DNA of 64,000 nucleotides from Patescibacteria group bacterium (GCA_036835125.1 DAITMO010000001.1:319508-383507), one strand, 5' to 3'; counted from the stretch's first letter, positions 29,898 to 43,098 are shown. Notes: generated by a model from the letters alone, not told the origin. A program made the numbers and translations.

Positions 29898-31559
29898 ATG
29901 AAGAAGCTGATTTATCCAATACTTCTTGGTTTAATTGTTCTCCTTGCTTTCTTTTTGCGTTTCTATAAGGTTACTCAGTCTCCACCTTCTTTAAATTGGG
30001 ATGAGACTTCAATTGCCTATAATGCATACTCGATTTTAAAGACTGGTAAGGATGAATGGGGAGTAAAGTTTCCTCTGAACTTTAAGTCCTATGGTGAGTA
30101 TAAACTTCCGGCTCAAATTTATGCTTCAATTTCGGGAATTGCAATATTTGGACTTAACGGATTGGGAGTGAGAATTACTCCTGTTGTGTATGGTACTCTT
30201 ACAGTCCTTCTTTTATATTTTTTGGCAAACTTGCTGTTTAAGGACAAAAGGGTTGGACTTTTGTCTGCTTTTATTCTTGCAGTTTCTCCCTGGCATATAC
30301 AACTAACTAGGGCAAGTTTTGAATCAGGCTTTTCAGTATTTTGGGTTGTCTTGGGGGCAATATTATTTATTAAGGGTTTTGAAAAGAAAAAGTATTGGGC
30401 GCTTTCCATTATTCCTTTTGTAATTTCTATTTATACATATAATGCTGCCCGTGTTTTTACTCCTCTATTTATTTTTATGTTGTTTTTGATTTATAGAAAA
30501 GAACTTTTGAAAGACTTGAAAGTATTTTTAATTTCTTTTGGAATATTTGTTATCAGTGTTGTTCCCATCGGTTTATCATTCTTCAGTGGTGAAGCTTCAG
30601 CTAGGTTTAAGTTGGTGAGTATTATGGATGACCCCGGTTTTGTTCAGAGAGTTAATCAGGCAAGAGGAAAAACTGATCTGCCAGATCCACTGCCTAGATT
30701 GATACATAACAAAGTAACCCACTTTGCCTATGTGTTTGCTGGAAATTATTTGAGCCATTTTACTCCAGATTTTTTGTTTATGAATGGAGCAGGACATAAA
30801 CAGCATCATGTACAGGGAATTGGAGAACTTTTCTGGGTGCAAGCCCCTTTTATACTGGTGGGGATCTATTTCCTTTTCAAAAAGAAAGAAAAATGGAGAT
30901 TTTTCATAATTGCCTGGCTACTTTTGACATTCATTCCGGTTTCTATAACGGTGGACAGCATTCCTAATGCGTTAAGGACTATTCTTGCAGTTATTCCATA
31001 TTCGCTTCTCTCTGCTTATGGTTTTTGGCAGATTTTTGATATTTTTAAAGGTAAGAAAAAGGGGAGATTTTTTAATTTATCAATTATCCTAGTTTCAGCA
31101 GGTCTTTTCCTTTACCAATTTATTAATTTCCAAAATAATCTTTATAACATTTATCCAAAGCTGTATTCGCGCGACTGGCAGTATGGGTATAGGCAGGTCG
31201 TTACCTATATCAAAGATCATTACGATGAATATGATTTAATAGTATTCAGCCGTACATATGGTGAGCCACACATGTTTACCTTGTTCTTTATGAATTGGGA
31301 CCCCGCTAAGTATCAGAATGATCCAAATTTAGTTAGGTATGAATCAAATGATTGGGTTTGGGTCTTAAATTTTGATAAATTCTATTTCCCGGATTTGGGG
31401 GATGATGGAACAAAATACAAAGACATAGTTGATTTGAATCCTGGGAAGAAGATACTTTTTGTTGGACGATCACAGGACTTTTCTGATTCAGTTGAAAGGC
31501 TTTATACTGTTGATTTTCTTAATGGGAACAGGGCATTTGATATTGTTGAAAGCAAATGA
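29898..31559 (+). CDS. GT39/PMT_2-like membrane glycosyltransferase, tandem paralog 1 of 3
   Basis: PPSLNWDETSIAYNAYSILKTGKDEWGVKFPLNFKSYGEYKLP is a conserved block with the next two genes. Length 553 aa. Confidence 0.6.
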   Translation: MKKLIYPILLGLIVLLAFFLRFYKVTQSPPSLNWDETSIAYNAYSILKTGKDEWGVKFPLNFKSYGEYKLPAQIYASISGIAIFGLNGLGVRITPVVYGTLTVLLLYFLANLLFKDKRVGLLSAFILAVSPWHIQLTRASFESGFSVFWVVLGAILFIKGFEKKKYWALSIIPFVISIYTYNAARVFTPLFIFMLFLIYRKELLKDLKVFLISFGIFVISVVPIGLSFFSGEASARFKLVSIMDDPGFVQRVNQARGKTDLPDPLPRLIHNKVTHFAYVFAGNYLSHFTPDFLFMNGAGHKQHHVQGIGELFWVQAPFILVGIYFLFKKKEKWRFFIIAWLLLTFIPVSITVDSIPNALRTILAVIPYSLLSAYGFWQIFDIFKGKKKGRFFNLSIILVSAGLFLYQFINFQNNLYNIYPKLYSRDWQYGYRQVVTYIKDHYDEYDLIVFSRTYGEPHMFTLFFMNWDPAKYQNDPNLVRYESNDWVWVLNFDKFYFPDLGDDGTKYKDIVDLNPGKKILFVGRSQDFSDSVERLYTVDFLNGNRAFDIVESK

Positions 31560-32911
31560 AAATTGGAAAAAATAAAATCCTTCTTATCCTAGTATTTATT
31601 TTCTTCTTGATAACTAGGCTTTTTATGATCTCAGATATACCGGGATCTGTTTATTGGGATGAAGCATCAATTGGATATAATGCATATTCAATAGGAACTG
31701 ATCTGAAGGATGAATGGGGACAAACTCTACCTTTGCACTTTAGAGCTTTTGGAGAGTTTAAGCTTCCTGTCTATATTTATTCTGTTGTGCCATTTGTAAA
31801 AATATTAGGGCTTAATGCTTTTGCTGTAAGGCTTCCTGCAGTGCTTTATAGTTTGGGTTCAATATTCTTAGTTTATCTTTTAGTTAAAAAGATTACGAAC
31901 AAAGATTTGCTTGGTGTATTATCTGCCTTTTTGCTGAGTATCTCTCCCTGGTTATTTATTTTTTCAAGAACTGGATATGAGGCAACAGCGGGGCTCTTCT
32001 TTATACTAGCTGGTACATACTTAGTATTACTTTCGGAAAAAAAGAATTTTTATTATTTATTGGGAACTTTCTCTTTTATCTTGTCTTTTTATAGCTACAA
32101 TTCCTTCCGTATTATCGGGCCGGTTTTGTTAGCTTTTCTAACTTTGCATAAATTTAACAAAAAGAGAATTCCTATTATTGTTTTATCTTTTGTAATATTT
32201 GTGATTTCTTTAATCCCAGTTTATCGGCTCTATAAATTTGATAATGGCGCATCACGCTTCACTCAGGTTGGTGTGTCAAATGCTAGCCAGGTTGTCAAAA
32301 ACTACTTTGCAAATTTTTCACCACGATTCTTGTTTATAAATGGTGATACAAATCCTAGAAGCCAGGTTCCAGATCACGGAGAATTATTTTATCTTGACAT
32401 GGTCTTTACTGTCTTGGGACTCATTTATATTATTAAGGGTAAAAAACTAATTAATTATTTGCCGGTTTTGATGTTGGTACTTTCTCCAATTCCAGCAGCT
32501 CTTACAAAAGAGTCTCCTCATGCGCTTCGTGCAATTCTTGCCGCACCAAGCTTTGCAATGATTTCTGCTTTTGGCATCTTTTTCTTTATCGAAAAGTTTA
32601 AGAAATATTCAAAATATGTTTTGTCATTAATTGTTGCGGGGTACTTGGTACTTTTTGGCTTTTATTATTCTGACTTTATTAAGAACTACAACAACGAAAC
32701 GAGAAAGGCTTGGCAATATCAATACAAAGAGATATTTTTAAATAAGACTGCCGGGGTTGTTACTGATGAATATGCACAGCCCTATATTTTTGCACTGTTC
32801 TATCAAAAGTATTCACCTGAGAATTTTAGGAGTGAGGTAAAATACAACCCACCCGATAAATGGGGGTTCTCTCTTGTTTCCTCATTTAACGGGTTTGAAT
32901 TTAGAAAATGA
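31556..32911 (+). CDS. GT39/PMT_2-like membrane glycosyltransferase, tandem paralog 2 of 3
   Basis: IPGSVYWDEASIGYNAYSIGTDLKDEWGQTLPLHFRAFGEFKLP. ATGA overlap with the upstream gene. Confidence 0.6.
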   Translation: MKIGKNKILLILVFIFFLITRLFMISDIPGSVYWDEASIGYNAYSIGTDLKDEWGQTLPLHFRAFGEFKLPVYIYSVVPFVKILGLNAFAVRLPAVLYSLGSIFLVYLLVKKITNKDLLGVLSAFLLSISPWLFIFSRTGYEATAGLFFILAGTYLVLLSEKKNFYYLLGTFSFILSFYSYNSFRIIGPVLLAFLTLHKFNKKRIPIIVLSFVIFVISLIPVYRLYKFDNGASRFTQVGVSNASQVVKNYFANFSPRFLFINGDTNPRSQVPDHGELFYLDMVFTVLGLIYIIKGKKLINYLPVLMLVLSPIPAALTKESPHALRAILAAPSFAMISAFGIFFFIEKFKKYSKYVLSLIVAGYLVLFGFYYSDFIKNYNNETRKAWQYQYKEIFLNKTAGVVTDEYAQPYIFALFYQKYSPENFRSEVKYNPPDKWGFSLVSSFNGFEFRK

Positions 32912-34506
32912 GATATTTAAAGATTATTGTTCTTACATTGATAGTTTTGGCAGCCACTTTTTTAAGGTTGTATAAACTAACTGATGTTCCTCCATCTTTG
33001 AATTGGGATGAAACTGCAGCGGGTTATAACGCCTATACAATTGCTAATTGGGGAGCAGATGAATATGGGAACAAGTTTCCAATAACTTTCAGGTCTTTCG
33101 GAGATGATAAACATCCTGTACATATTTATATAACTGCACTTTTTGTAAAAGTGTTCGGTCTTAATGAGTTTGTCACAAGGTTTCCCAGTGCCTTATTTGG
33201 AATACTGACAGTCGTTGCTATTTATTTTCTAGTTAAGAAAATGTTTAAGAGTGAAGTTGCTGGAATTTTTGCTTCGCTGTTTTTAGCTGTTTCTCCCCAT
33301 CATTTGCAGCTTTCAAGAGGGCTTTGGGAGGCAAATTTTGCATTATCCTTCTATATTTTTGGCTTACTGTTTTTCTATAAATTTTTGGAAAAGAAAAAAT
33401 GGATGCTTCCTATCTCAATTCTTTGTTTTGGATTATCATTCTTTTCCTATCACTCTTCCAAAGTCCTTGTTCCACCAACACTTATTCTTCTTTTAGTTTT
33501 TTATTTCAAAAAGATTGTTAAAGATAGAAAAATATTAATCATTTCAGGATTGGTGTTCCTTCTTTTTGTTGGACTGACCATCAAGGATCCGAGAATCTTG
33601 GGTTTTGCCAGAGTTGAACAAAATAAATTCAGTAAAGATGACATAAAAAATACTTTTATCTATCAAAAAACAAATAGCCAAATTTTAGGAAAAGCTGAAA
33701 TAGTTTTTGACAGTTACAAAACATATTTCTATCCAAAGTATTTGTTTACCTCGGGAGACACTAACCCCAGAAACTCAGCTAATGCTTTTGGTCAGTTTTA
33801 CAAAATTGATGCGCTATTGATGGTGGTAGGAATCGTGGCACTTATTCTTTTAAGGTCAAAGGAGTCACTAACTATGGCAATGTGGCTTATCCTCGCACCT
33901 TTACCTGCTGCACTTGCTGGAGGGCCACAGAATGCGATTAGGGCATGTTTTATGATTGGAGTGGGGATTATTTTATCCGCGCTAGGGGCTGCAAAGATTG
34001 CTGCTATTTTTAAGAAAAAGGTTTGGTATGTGGCAATAAGCATTTTGGTACTCGCACCTCTTTTTTGGGAGTTTGGAAAATATATGAATTATTACTACAC
34101 GGTTTATGGGCAGAAGCATGCAATTGAGTGGCAGTATGGAATGAAAGGGATTGTGAGGTATCTAAAGAAGAATCCTGATAGAGTGCAAGTTTATATGGAT
34201 AAAATCAGGCAGCAGCCGTATATATTTTTCCTATATTATCTTAAGACTCCCTTGCCTGAACTGTTAGAGACGGTTAAATACGATCAGAGTGAATCTAAGA
34301 GCTACAATACAGTCGTATCATTCGATAAATATCAATTCGGTGGCAACTGGAATATAATTGATAGCATCCCGACCTGCGGGGTAACCTATATAATGACGCC
34401 TAGTTATCATTCAGGTTTGAGATATGCGGCGGATCTGGAGACAAAAGAAGTGATTGAGTATCCTGATGGCAGTGATGCATTTTATATAGTAGAAGGATGT
34501 AAATAA
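32908..34506 (+). CDS. GT39/PMT_2-like membrane glycosyltransferase, tandem paralog 3 of 3
   Basis: VPPSLNWDETAAGYNAYTIANWGADEYGNKFPITFRSFGDDKHP. ATGA overlap with the upstream gene. Confidence 0.6.
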   Translation: MRYLKIIVLTLIVLAATFLRLYKLTDVPPSLNWDETAAGYNAYTIANWGADEYGNKFPITFRSFGDDKHPVHIYITALFVKVFGLNEFVTRFPSALFGILTVVAIYFLVKKMFKSEVAGIFASLFLAVSPHHLQLSRGLWEANFALSFYIFGLLFFYKFLEKKKWMLPISILCFGLSFFSYHSSKVLVPPTLILLLVFYFKKIVKDRKILIISGLVFLLFVGLTIKDPRILGFARVEQNKFSKDDIKNTFIYQKTNSQILGKAEIVFDSYKTYFYPKYLFTSGDTNPRNSANAFGQFYKIDALLMVVGIVALILLRSKESLTMAMWLILAPLPAALAGGPQNAIRACFMIGVGIILSALGAAKIAAIFKKKVWYVAISILVLAPLFWEFGKYMNYYYTVYGQKHAIEWQYGMKGIVRYLKKNPDRVQVYMDKIRQQPYIFFLYYLKTPLPELLETVKYDQSESKSYNTVVSFDKYQFGGNWNIIDSIPTCGVTYIMTPSYHSGLRYAADLETKEVIEYPDGSDAFYIVEGCK

Positions 34507-34516
34507 TAAAAACAAT

Positions 34517-35359
34517 ATGAAACTTTCAGTTGTTTTGTCTACAAGAAATGAAGAAGAAAATATCGGCAGGTGTTTAACGTCTGTCAAAGATTTTGCTGAT
34601 GAAATGATTATTGTAGATGAACAGTCTTCAGATAGAACTCGAGAAATTGCAAGAGATTTGGGAGCAAAAGTATATATTGAACCACACGAAGAAATTTTCC
34701 ATATAACCAAGCAAAAGGCGATGGACAAAGCAAAAGGAGAGTGGATTCTTCAGATGGATGCTGATGAGGAAGTTAGTGAGGAATTGGCAAAAGAAATTGT
34801 CTCTGTAATTAACAGCGATGAACAAAAAATGACCCGCAATAGATTGTTTTTAAGGCATCAGAGATTGATTGAAGAAAGGGGTGGAAAGATTGGAAAAGAA
34901 AATGGGGATATAGTTGGATATTTTATTCCAAGAAGAAATATTTTTCTTGGGAAACCTCTTATTCATGCAGGAGTATATCCGGATGGGGTAATTAGGTTGG
35001 TTAAGAATGGATATGCAAAGTTTCCAATGAAATCTGTTCATGAACAGATAAGTTTGAATGGGAGAGTGTCCTGGTTAAATAATGACTTGCTGCATTATGA
35101 TTCACCAAATCTTTCAAAATATATTTGGAGATTAAATAGATATACAGATCTTTTTGCAAAGGAATTAAAAGAAAAGAATGTTCACAAAAATTTCTTTTCA
35201 TACATGAATTATGTTTGCATTAAACCAAAAATAATTTTTCTGAAACTGTTTTTCAGACATCTTGGATTTTTGGATGGAGCAAGGGGGTTTCTTTGGAGTT
35301 TTTTCTCAGCCTCTCATTACCCGATTGCCTATTTTAAATATATAACTAATAAGGTATAA
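34517..35359 (+). CDS. GT2 glycosyltransferase (WaaE/KdtX-like)
   Basis: LSVVLSTRNEEENI...MIIVDEQSSDRT...QMDADEE...IPRRNIFLGKPL...GVYPDGVIRLVKNG. Confidence 0.75.
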   Translation: MKLSVVLSTRNEEENIGRCLTSVKDFADEMIIVDEQSSDRTREIARDLGAKVYIEPHEEIFHITKQKAMDKAKGEWILQMDADEEVSEELAKEIVSVINSDEQKMTRNRLFLRHQRLIEERGGKIGKENGDIVGYFIPRRNIFLGKPLIHAGVYPDGVIRLVKNGYAKFPMKSVHEQISLNGRVSWLNNDLLHYDSPNLSKYIWRLNRYTDLFAKELKEKNVHKNFFSYMNYVCIKPKIIFLKLFFRHLGFLDGARGFLWSFFSASHYPIAYFKYITNKV

Positions 35360-35365
35360 AAAATT

Positions 35366-36073
35366 ATGATTTTAAAAGATAAAGTAGCTGTTGTAACTGG
35401 AGCAAGCGATGGATTGGGGCGTGAGGTTGCACTCAAACTTGCAAAAGAAGGGGCTCTCTTGGCATTGGTTGCAAGGGATGAGGAAAAACTTAATAAAGTT
35501 AAAGAAGAATGTGAGAAGCTTGGGTCTTCCAATGTAAAAATATATCCGTGTGACGTATCTGACAGATCTGCTGTTGAAAATATTGTCCGACAAATTGAAG
35601 TGGATTTTGGTGAAGTTCAAATTCTTCTTAATATTGCAGGTATATGGCAAAAGATGAACAACAGTGGCGACATACCAATGGATGAGATAGACAAAGTAAT
35701 AGACATTGATCTAAAAGGATTAGTTTATCTGACAAACTTAATGATGCCGATTCTCAAGAGGCAAGAAGAAGCAATAATAATCAATGATTCTTCAAAATCA
35801 GGAGTTACTGCTCAGCCTGGACAAAGTGTTTATTCTGCAGCTAAATGGGGGGTGACTGGTTTTACGGAAGTAATAAAAACAGAACTGAAGGGCACAAATG
35901 TTCGTGTAGCAGGGCTCTACCAGAGTGGAACAAATACCGGATTGTTTGATAAAGCTGGGGAACACTTGAATCAGGAAAAATTTATTAAACCTGAAGACTT
36001 GGCAGATGTAGTTATCTTCATGCTTTCCCGTCCTTCTCAAATCTGGCTTCATGATGTGAGGGTAGAGTATTAA
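35366..36073 (+). CDS. SDR-family oxidoreductase (short-chain dehydrogenase/reductase)
   Basis: KVAVVTGASDGLGREVA (TGxxxGxG Rossmann motif) and catalytic YSAAK (YxxxK). Confidence 0.8.
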   Translation: MILKDKVAVVTGASDGLGREVALKLAKEGALLALVARDEEKLNKVKEECEKLGSSNVKIYPCDVSDRSAVENIVRQIEVDFGEVQILLNIAGIWQKMNNSGDIPMDEIDKVIDIDLKGLVYLTNLMMPILKRQEEAIIINDSSKSGVTAQPGQSVYSAAKWGVTGFTEVIKTELKGTNVRVAGLYQSGTNTGLFDKAGEHLNQEKFIKPEDLADVVIFMLSRPSQIWLHDVRVEY

Positions 36074-36104
36074 ACCCGTCTCTGATTAAATGTATAATTA
36101 GTGT

Positions 36105-37096
36105 ATGTTCAAAATTGCAATTGATGTTGGTCCTCTTTCAACTGGGGATGCTATTCGTGGAATTGGTGTTTATACGAGGGAGCTTTTGAGTGCTTTAGAG
36201 TTACTACAAAAGGAAAAGAAAGATGAATTTGAAGTTTATCCAGTTGATTATTTTAATGCTCAAGGATCAACTCGTTACAATGTTGTTCACTTTACGCGGT
36301 TTAATCCTTTTCGTATTTCAGTTCCTTTTGAGAAACCAGCTGGGACTAAGTTTGTTTTGACTATTTATGATTTGATTCCCCTGATTTATCCCAAACACTA
36401 TCCACCTGGAATAAAAGGGTGGGTAAGGTGGCAGATAAATAAATATTTGATTAGAAAGAACATTGATAAAATAATTACGATTTCAGAGACTTCTAAAAAA
36501 GATATTTGCAGGTTTATAGGAGTTGATCCAAATAAAGTTGTTGTTACTTATCTTGCTCCAAGAAGTATTTTTAAGAAAGTACAAAATGCAAAAATAGAAA
36601 ATCTTCCAAAACATTTTGCACTGTACGTAGGAGATATCAACTACAACAAAAATATTCCAAATTTGGTTAAAGCTTGCAAGCTGGCGGGAGTCAAACTTGT
36701 TATTGCAGGTAAACAGGCGGCAGGACTTGATAAGGTTGATTTAGAACATCCAGAAAATAGGCATCTAAAAAACACCAGATGGGACGAAGTGGTAAGACTC
36801 GGATTTGTTGCGGATGAGGATTTGGTAAATATTTATAACTTGGCTGACGTTTACATCCAACCCTCCTATTATGAGGGTTTTGGATTACCTCTTTTGGAGA
36901 CTGAAGCTTGTGGAACTCCTATTGTTGCTTCTAAAAACCAATGCCATGTTGAGATATTGGGTTCTAGTTTTGACTATGTTGATCCAAAAGACCCCAACTC
37001 AATTGCAAAGGGTATTTTGAACCCGAATATAAATAAAAAATTACCAAGAGATTATTCTTGGGCAAAGACTGCAAAGGAAACTCTTGAAGTTTATAA

Positions 37097-37100
<4 letters not shown>
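36105..37100 (+). CDS. GT4 (GT-B) glycosyltransferase
   Basis: YIQPSYYEGFGLPLLETEACGTPIVAS is the classic GT4 EX7E region. Confidence 0.75.
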
Positions 37101-39208
<2,108 letters not shown>

Positions 39209-39209
<1 letters not shown>

Positions 39210-39865
39210 TGAATATAACAATAGTTGTCCCTTTCTATAACGAGAAAAAACATATAAAAGAAGTGGTTGATGGTCTTTCTTCTTACAGGCTTCCTGTTGT
39301 TGTGGTGGATGATGGGAGTAGTGATTCCTATGCATTAAAAAACAGTCCGAAAGTTACTCTTTTGAAGCACAAGATAAATTTGGGAAAGGGAGCTGCAATG
39401 AAAACTGGAACAGATTTTGCATTTAGTAACGGCGCAGATGCAGTTATCTTTATGGATGGAGATAATCAGCATAAGCCTGAGGATATTAAGAAATTTATTG
39501 AAGTTCTTCAAACCGGTAAGTACGATGCTGTGTTTGGAGCAAGGAACTTCAATTACAGTGTTCCCTTAATTAGGTATATGGGCAATAAAGTTGTTTCCAT
39601 GCTTCTTAGAATTCTTTTTGGAATATACGTATCTGACGTTCTTTGTGGATTTAAGGCGTTGACAAAGAAAGCGTATAAAGCGGTTTATTGGGAATCTACT
39701 GGGTATGGAGTTGAGACTGAAATGATTGCAAGGTTTGGTAAAAATAAACTGACATACAAAGAAGTTTCAATAGAAGCGATTTACCACGATAAAGTTAAGG
39801 GTGTCACAGTTTTGGATGCGTTTGGTATAATGGGACAGATAGTTAAGTGGAAGCTAACAATCTAG
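39209..39865 (+). CDS. GT2 polyprenyl-phosphate sugar synthase (DPM1/GtrB-like)
   Basis: ITIVVPFYNEKKHI...VVVVDDGSSD...GKGAAMKTG...IFMDGDNQHKPEDI is a DPM1-like GT2. It is short (218 aa) and single-domain. Confidence 0.7.
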
Positions 39866-39872
39866 AAATAAA

Positions 39873-40205
39873 ATGATAATTGGTTTACAAATAATTGCTT
39901 TAATATTTTCTTTCTCAATGGTTTATTTTGCCGTACTTCATTATAAACGTGGGGAACTCAGGAAAAGTGAGATTATTGCATGGGTGGGGATGTGGTCGGC
40001 TGCTGTTGTTGTAATAATATTTCCTGAGCTTTTAAGAACATTTGCAAGCACATTTTTGGTCACAAGAGTATTTGATCTCATGGTAATAGGTGGTTTCGTG
40101 TTGGTTATTTCTATGGTCAGTTCGGCTTATTTAAGAACAAAAAGGATAGAGAAAAAGCTTGAAGATATGGTACGACGCGATGCATTGAAGGATAAGAAAA
40201 AGTGA
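39873..40205 (+). CDS. small membrane protein, DUF2304-like partner of polyprenyl-P-sugar synthase
   Basis: 110 aa with three predicted TM helices and a charged C-terminal tail (KRIEKKLEDMVRRDALKDKKK). It lies immediately downstream of the DPM1-like GT2, which is the arrangement typical of DUF2304. Confidence 0.5.
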   Translation: MIIGLQIIALIFSFSMVYFAVLHYKRGELRKSEIIAWVGMWSAAVVVIIFPELLRTFASTFLVTRVFDLMVIGGFVLVISMVSSAYLRTKRIEKKLEDMVRRDALKDKKK

Positions 40206-40217
40206 TAAACCCTCTAT

Positions 40218-41000
40218 ATGACTATAAAAGTTCCTAAAATCTCAGTCATTATTCCTTCATTTAATAAAAAAGAGTTTATATCAAAAACATTAGATTCTGT
40301 AATTGCTCAAAATTATCCAAATCTTGAAATAATTATTATGGATGGGGAATCAACTGATGGAACTTTAAAAATAATTGAAGACTATGCAAAAAAATATCCT
40401 GAAATTGTTAAATACCAATCAAAGAAAGACAAAGGACAATGGGATGCTATAAATAAGGGGTTCAGAGTGGCTAAGGGAAAAATCTTAACATATATTAATG
40501 CAGATGATGAATATCTACCAGGAGCTTTTTCTGAAGTTTCCCGAATGTATCGGGCAAATGTTGATGCATTCTGGTTTGCAGGTCGTGGACGAGTGATTGA
40601 TAAAAGTGGTCTGAGAATTGCTAAATGGTCTACTTTTTACAAGAATTTGCTTCTTTTTCTGAATTCTAGATTACTACTTTTGATTACCAACTATTTGATG
40701 CAGCCATCTACCTTTATTACAAGAACTGCGTGGAAAAGATTTGGACCGTTTATTGGGTTTAGTAATTTTGTTTTGGAATATGATATGTGGCTTAAGATAT
40801 CAAAACAAAGAATGCCTGTAATTACTAATAGATATTTATCTAGTTTTAGAATAGAGCCTGGGACAATTTCAGCGAGTTTATCAAAAACTCTCCTTTCTCA
40901 AGATGAAAGAATTGTTAAGAAATATACACAGAATGCTTTGATTTTGTTAATTCATAAACTGCACAATCTTGGAAGACTTCTTGTTGTTAAGATTGTATGA
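40218..41000 (+). CDS. GT2 glycosyltransferase
   Basis: ISVIIPSFNKKEFI...IIIMDGESTDGT...DKGQWDAINKG...YINADDEY. Confidence 0.75.
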   Translation: MTIKVPKISVIIPSFNKKEFISKTLDSVIAQNYPNLEIIIMDGESTDGTLKIIEDYAKKYPEIVKYQSKKDKGQWDAINKGFRVAKGKILTYINADDEYLPGAFSEVSRMYRANVDAFWFAGRGRVIDKSGLRIAKWSTFYKNLLLFLNSRLLLLITNYLMQPSTFITRTAWKRFGPFIGFSNFVLEYDMWLKISKQRMPVITNRYLSSFRIEPGTISASLSKTLLSQDERIVKKYTQNALILLIHKLHNLGRLLVVKIV

Positions 41001-42433
41001 AAAATAAAATAATTATCTTTATCAAAAGAAATTGGTTGGTGATTGTTTCACTTTTGATATCTTTTTTGATGTTTTATCCTGCTCTTTCTTCATTTTTTAC
41101 ACATGATGATTTTTATTTCCTAAAGATTTCAAAAGCTCAGAACATTTCTGAATTTGCCAAGTTTTTTGATCCTTTGCATGACCCGGAACATATTGGGGTT
41201 TATAGGCCACTTCCTTTAAGGGCATATTATTTTTTGGGTACATCGGTTTTTAATCTTAATCCTTTGGGGCAGAGAGTAATCTCGTTCGTGACCTTTTTTA
41301 TCAATATTCTTTTGGTTGGATATCTAGTAAGGGTACTTACAAAAAAGGATAATATTGCCGGAATTTCGGAATTTTTATATGCAGTCAGTGTCACGCATTT
41401 TGGTCAGCTTTATTATATTGGGGCATATCAGGAACTTCTCATTACTCTTCTTACTCTTTTATCTGTAATATTTTTTGCAAAATCAAAAATACTACCATCA
41501 TTCATATTTTTTGTGATGGGACTCATGTGCAAGGAAACTGCTGTGGTTATTCCAGGACTTTTGGGGGCAGTCTATTTATTCCAAAACTGGGGAGGGAAAA
41601 GGAAACCGTCTTTTAAGAAGCTTTTATTATCATTGTTGCCGTTTGTTTTACTCACAGTTGTCTATTTATACTTACATTTCTTCCACCTTGGAACAATTGA
41701 GGGGGACTCATATGTCTGGAATTTTTCTCCAACGAAAGCTCTTAATACAACTCTCTGGTATTTTCTATGGTCTCTGAATCTTCCCGAAATGCTTGTAGAT
41801 TTTGTGGGACCGGGGATTCACTTGAATCCAAATTTAATGAAGTTCTGGTCACCTCAAATTATTCCAATATTTATATTGTTTGGGATAGAGGTTGTTATCG
41901 TTGTTTATTCGCTTGTTAAATCTATCAAATCAAAAGCAGAGAAAAATCTTAAGTTTGTAATTCTTTTTTCTGCATTCTGGTTTTTGGCGACAATCCTACC
42001 AGTAGTATTTCTTCCACTTCATAAGTTTACTTATTACTTAACACTCCCTCTTGTTGGGGTTGTTCTTATAATTTCTACACTAATTAGCATGAATACAAAG
42101 AAAGCTGTTGTTTTTGGTATTGTTTGGCTTACTCTTTCATTATTTAGTCTGAAATTAACAATAAACACCAACTGGATAACGCAGGGAGTGGGAATTTCAG
42201 AAAGAGTGTTTGAGTACTTCAAGGAATACCAAAGTGAAATGGATGGAAAAACAATTGTTTTTATCGATACAAAAGAAGATGAAGATCTTCCCTGGTCACC
42301 GACAGAAACAGTAAAAACAGTTATATCAGGTAAAAACTTTTTTGATTTGTTTTTCCCAAATCTTTCAGACAAAATATCATATGGAGGAGAGGGAGAAATT
42401 AAGATACAGTCCAGACAGTTTTTAGGATACTAA
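40997..42433 (+). CDS. polytopic membrane protein, putative GT-C-like
   Basis: 478 aa with N-terminal TM, FFTHDDFYF...HIGVYRPLPLRAYYF and about 10 further TM helices. The YRPLP/GRFRPI loop resembles 47667..49238. Confidence 0.4.
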   Translation: MKNKIIIFIKRNWLVIVSLLISFLMFYPALSSFFTHDDFYFLKISKAQNISEFAKFFDPLHDPEHIGVYRPLPLRAYYFLGTSVFNLNPLGQRVISFVTFFINILLVGYLVRVLTKKDNIAGISEFLYAVSVTHFGQLYYIGAYQELLITLLTLLSVIFFAKSKILPSFIFFVMGLMCKETAVVIPGLLGAVYLFQNWGGKRKPSFKKLLLSLLPFVLLTVVYLYLHFFHLGTIEGDSYVWNFSPTKALNTTLWYFLWSLNLPEMLVDFVGPGIHLNPNLMKFWSPQIIPIFILFGIEVVIVVYSLVKSIKSKAEKNLKFVILFSAFWFLATILPVVFLPLHKFTYYLTLPLVGVVLIISTLISMNTKKAVVFGIVWLTLSLFSLKLTINTNWITQGVGISERVFEYFKEYQSEMDGKTIVFIDTKEDEDLPWSPTETVKTVISGKNFFDLFFPNLSDKISYGGEGEIKIQSRQFLGY

Positions 42434-42435
42434 CA

Positions 42436-43095
42436 ATGAAAACTATTGTAGAAAAACATTTTGATGAAGTTGCAGACACCTATGATACTGGCAAGAAGCG
42501 ATATTCATATTATTATTCAAGTTTAAAAAAGCTTCTAAGTAATTTAATTGGTAAAAACAAAAAAGTGTTTGAGTTTGGTTGTGGAACAGGGGACTTACTT
42601 GTCTCACTTAATCCGAAGTTGGGATTTGGAATGGACATTAGTAAGAAGATGATTGAAACTGCAAAGAAAAAACATTCAAGTAAAAAGAATGTTGTGTTTT
42701 CGACTTCAATGCCAAAGGGGAAATTTGACTACATTTTTTTGAGTGACGTGGTAGAACACTTGAGTGATCACAAAAATACTTTTAAAGACTTAAAAAGAGT
42801 AATGAATGGTGATGCAAAGATAATTGTTACAATGGCTAATCCTATCTGGGAACCTCTATTAATGTTATGGGAGACACTTGGCTTAAAAATGAAGGAAGGG
42901 AAACACAAAAGGGTGGGATATAGGGAATTGAAACATATATTGGAGAATCTTCACTTAAGGGTTGTCAAACATGACTACAAACTTCTTATCCCAATTGAAG
43001 TTCCTTTTATAACTAACTTTGCAAATAAATACTTAGAAAGATCATTGAAAAAGCTTTGTTTCATTGAGTATTTTGTCGTGGAGCGTGAACACTAG
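42436..43095 (+). CDS. class I SAM-dependent methyltransferase
   Basis: Motif I VFEFGCGTGDLLVSL and motif post-I FLSDVVEHL. Confidence 0.75.
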   Translation: MKTIVEKHFDEVADTYDTGKKRYSYYYSSLKKLLSNLIGKNKKVFEFGCGTGDLLVSLNPKLGFGMDISKKMIETAKKKHSSKKNVVFSTSMPKGKFDYIFLSDVVEHLSDHKNTFKDLKRVMNGDAKIIVTMANPIWEPLLMLWETLGLKMKEGKHKRVGYRELKHILENLHLRVVKHDYKLLIPIEVPFITNFANKYLERSLKKLCFIEYFVVEREH

Positions 43096-43098
43096 TTT

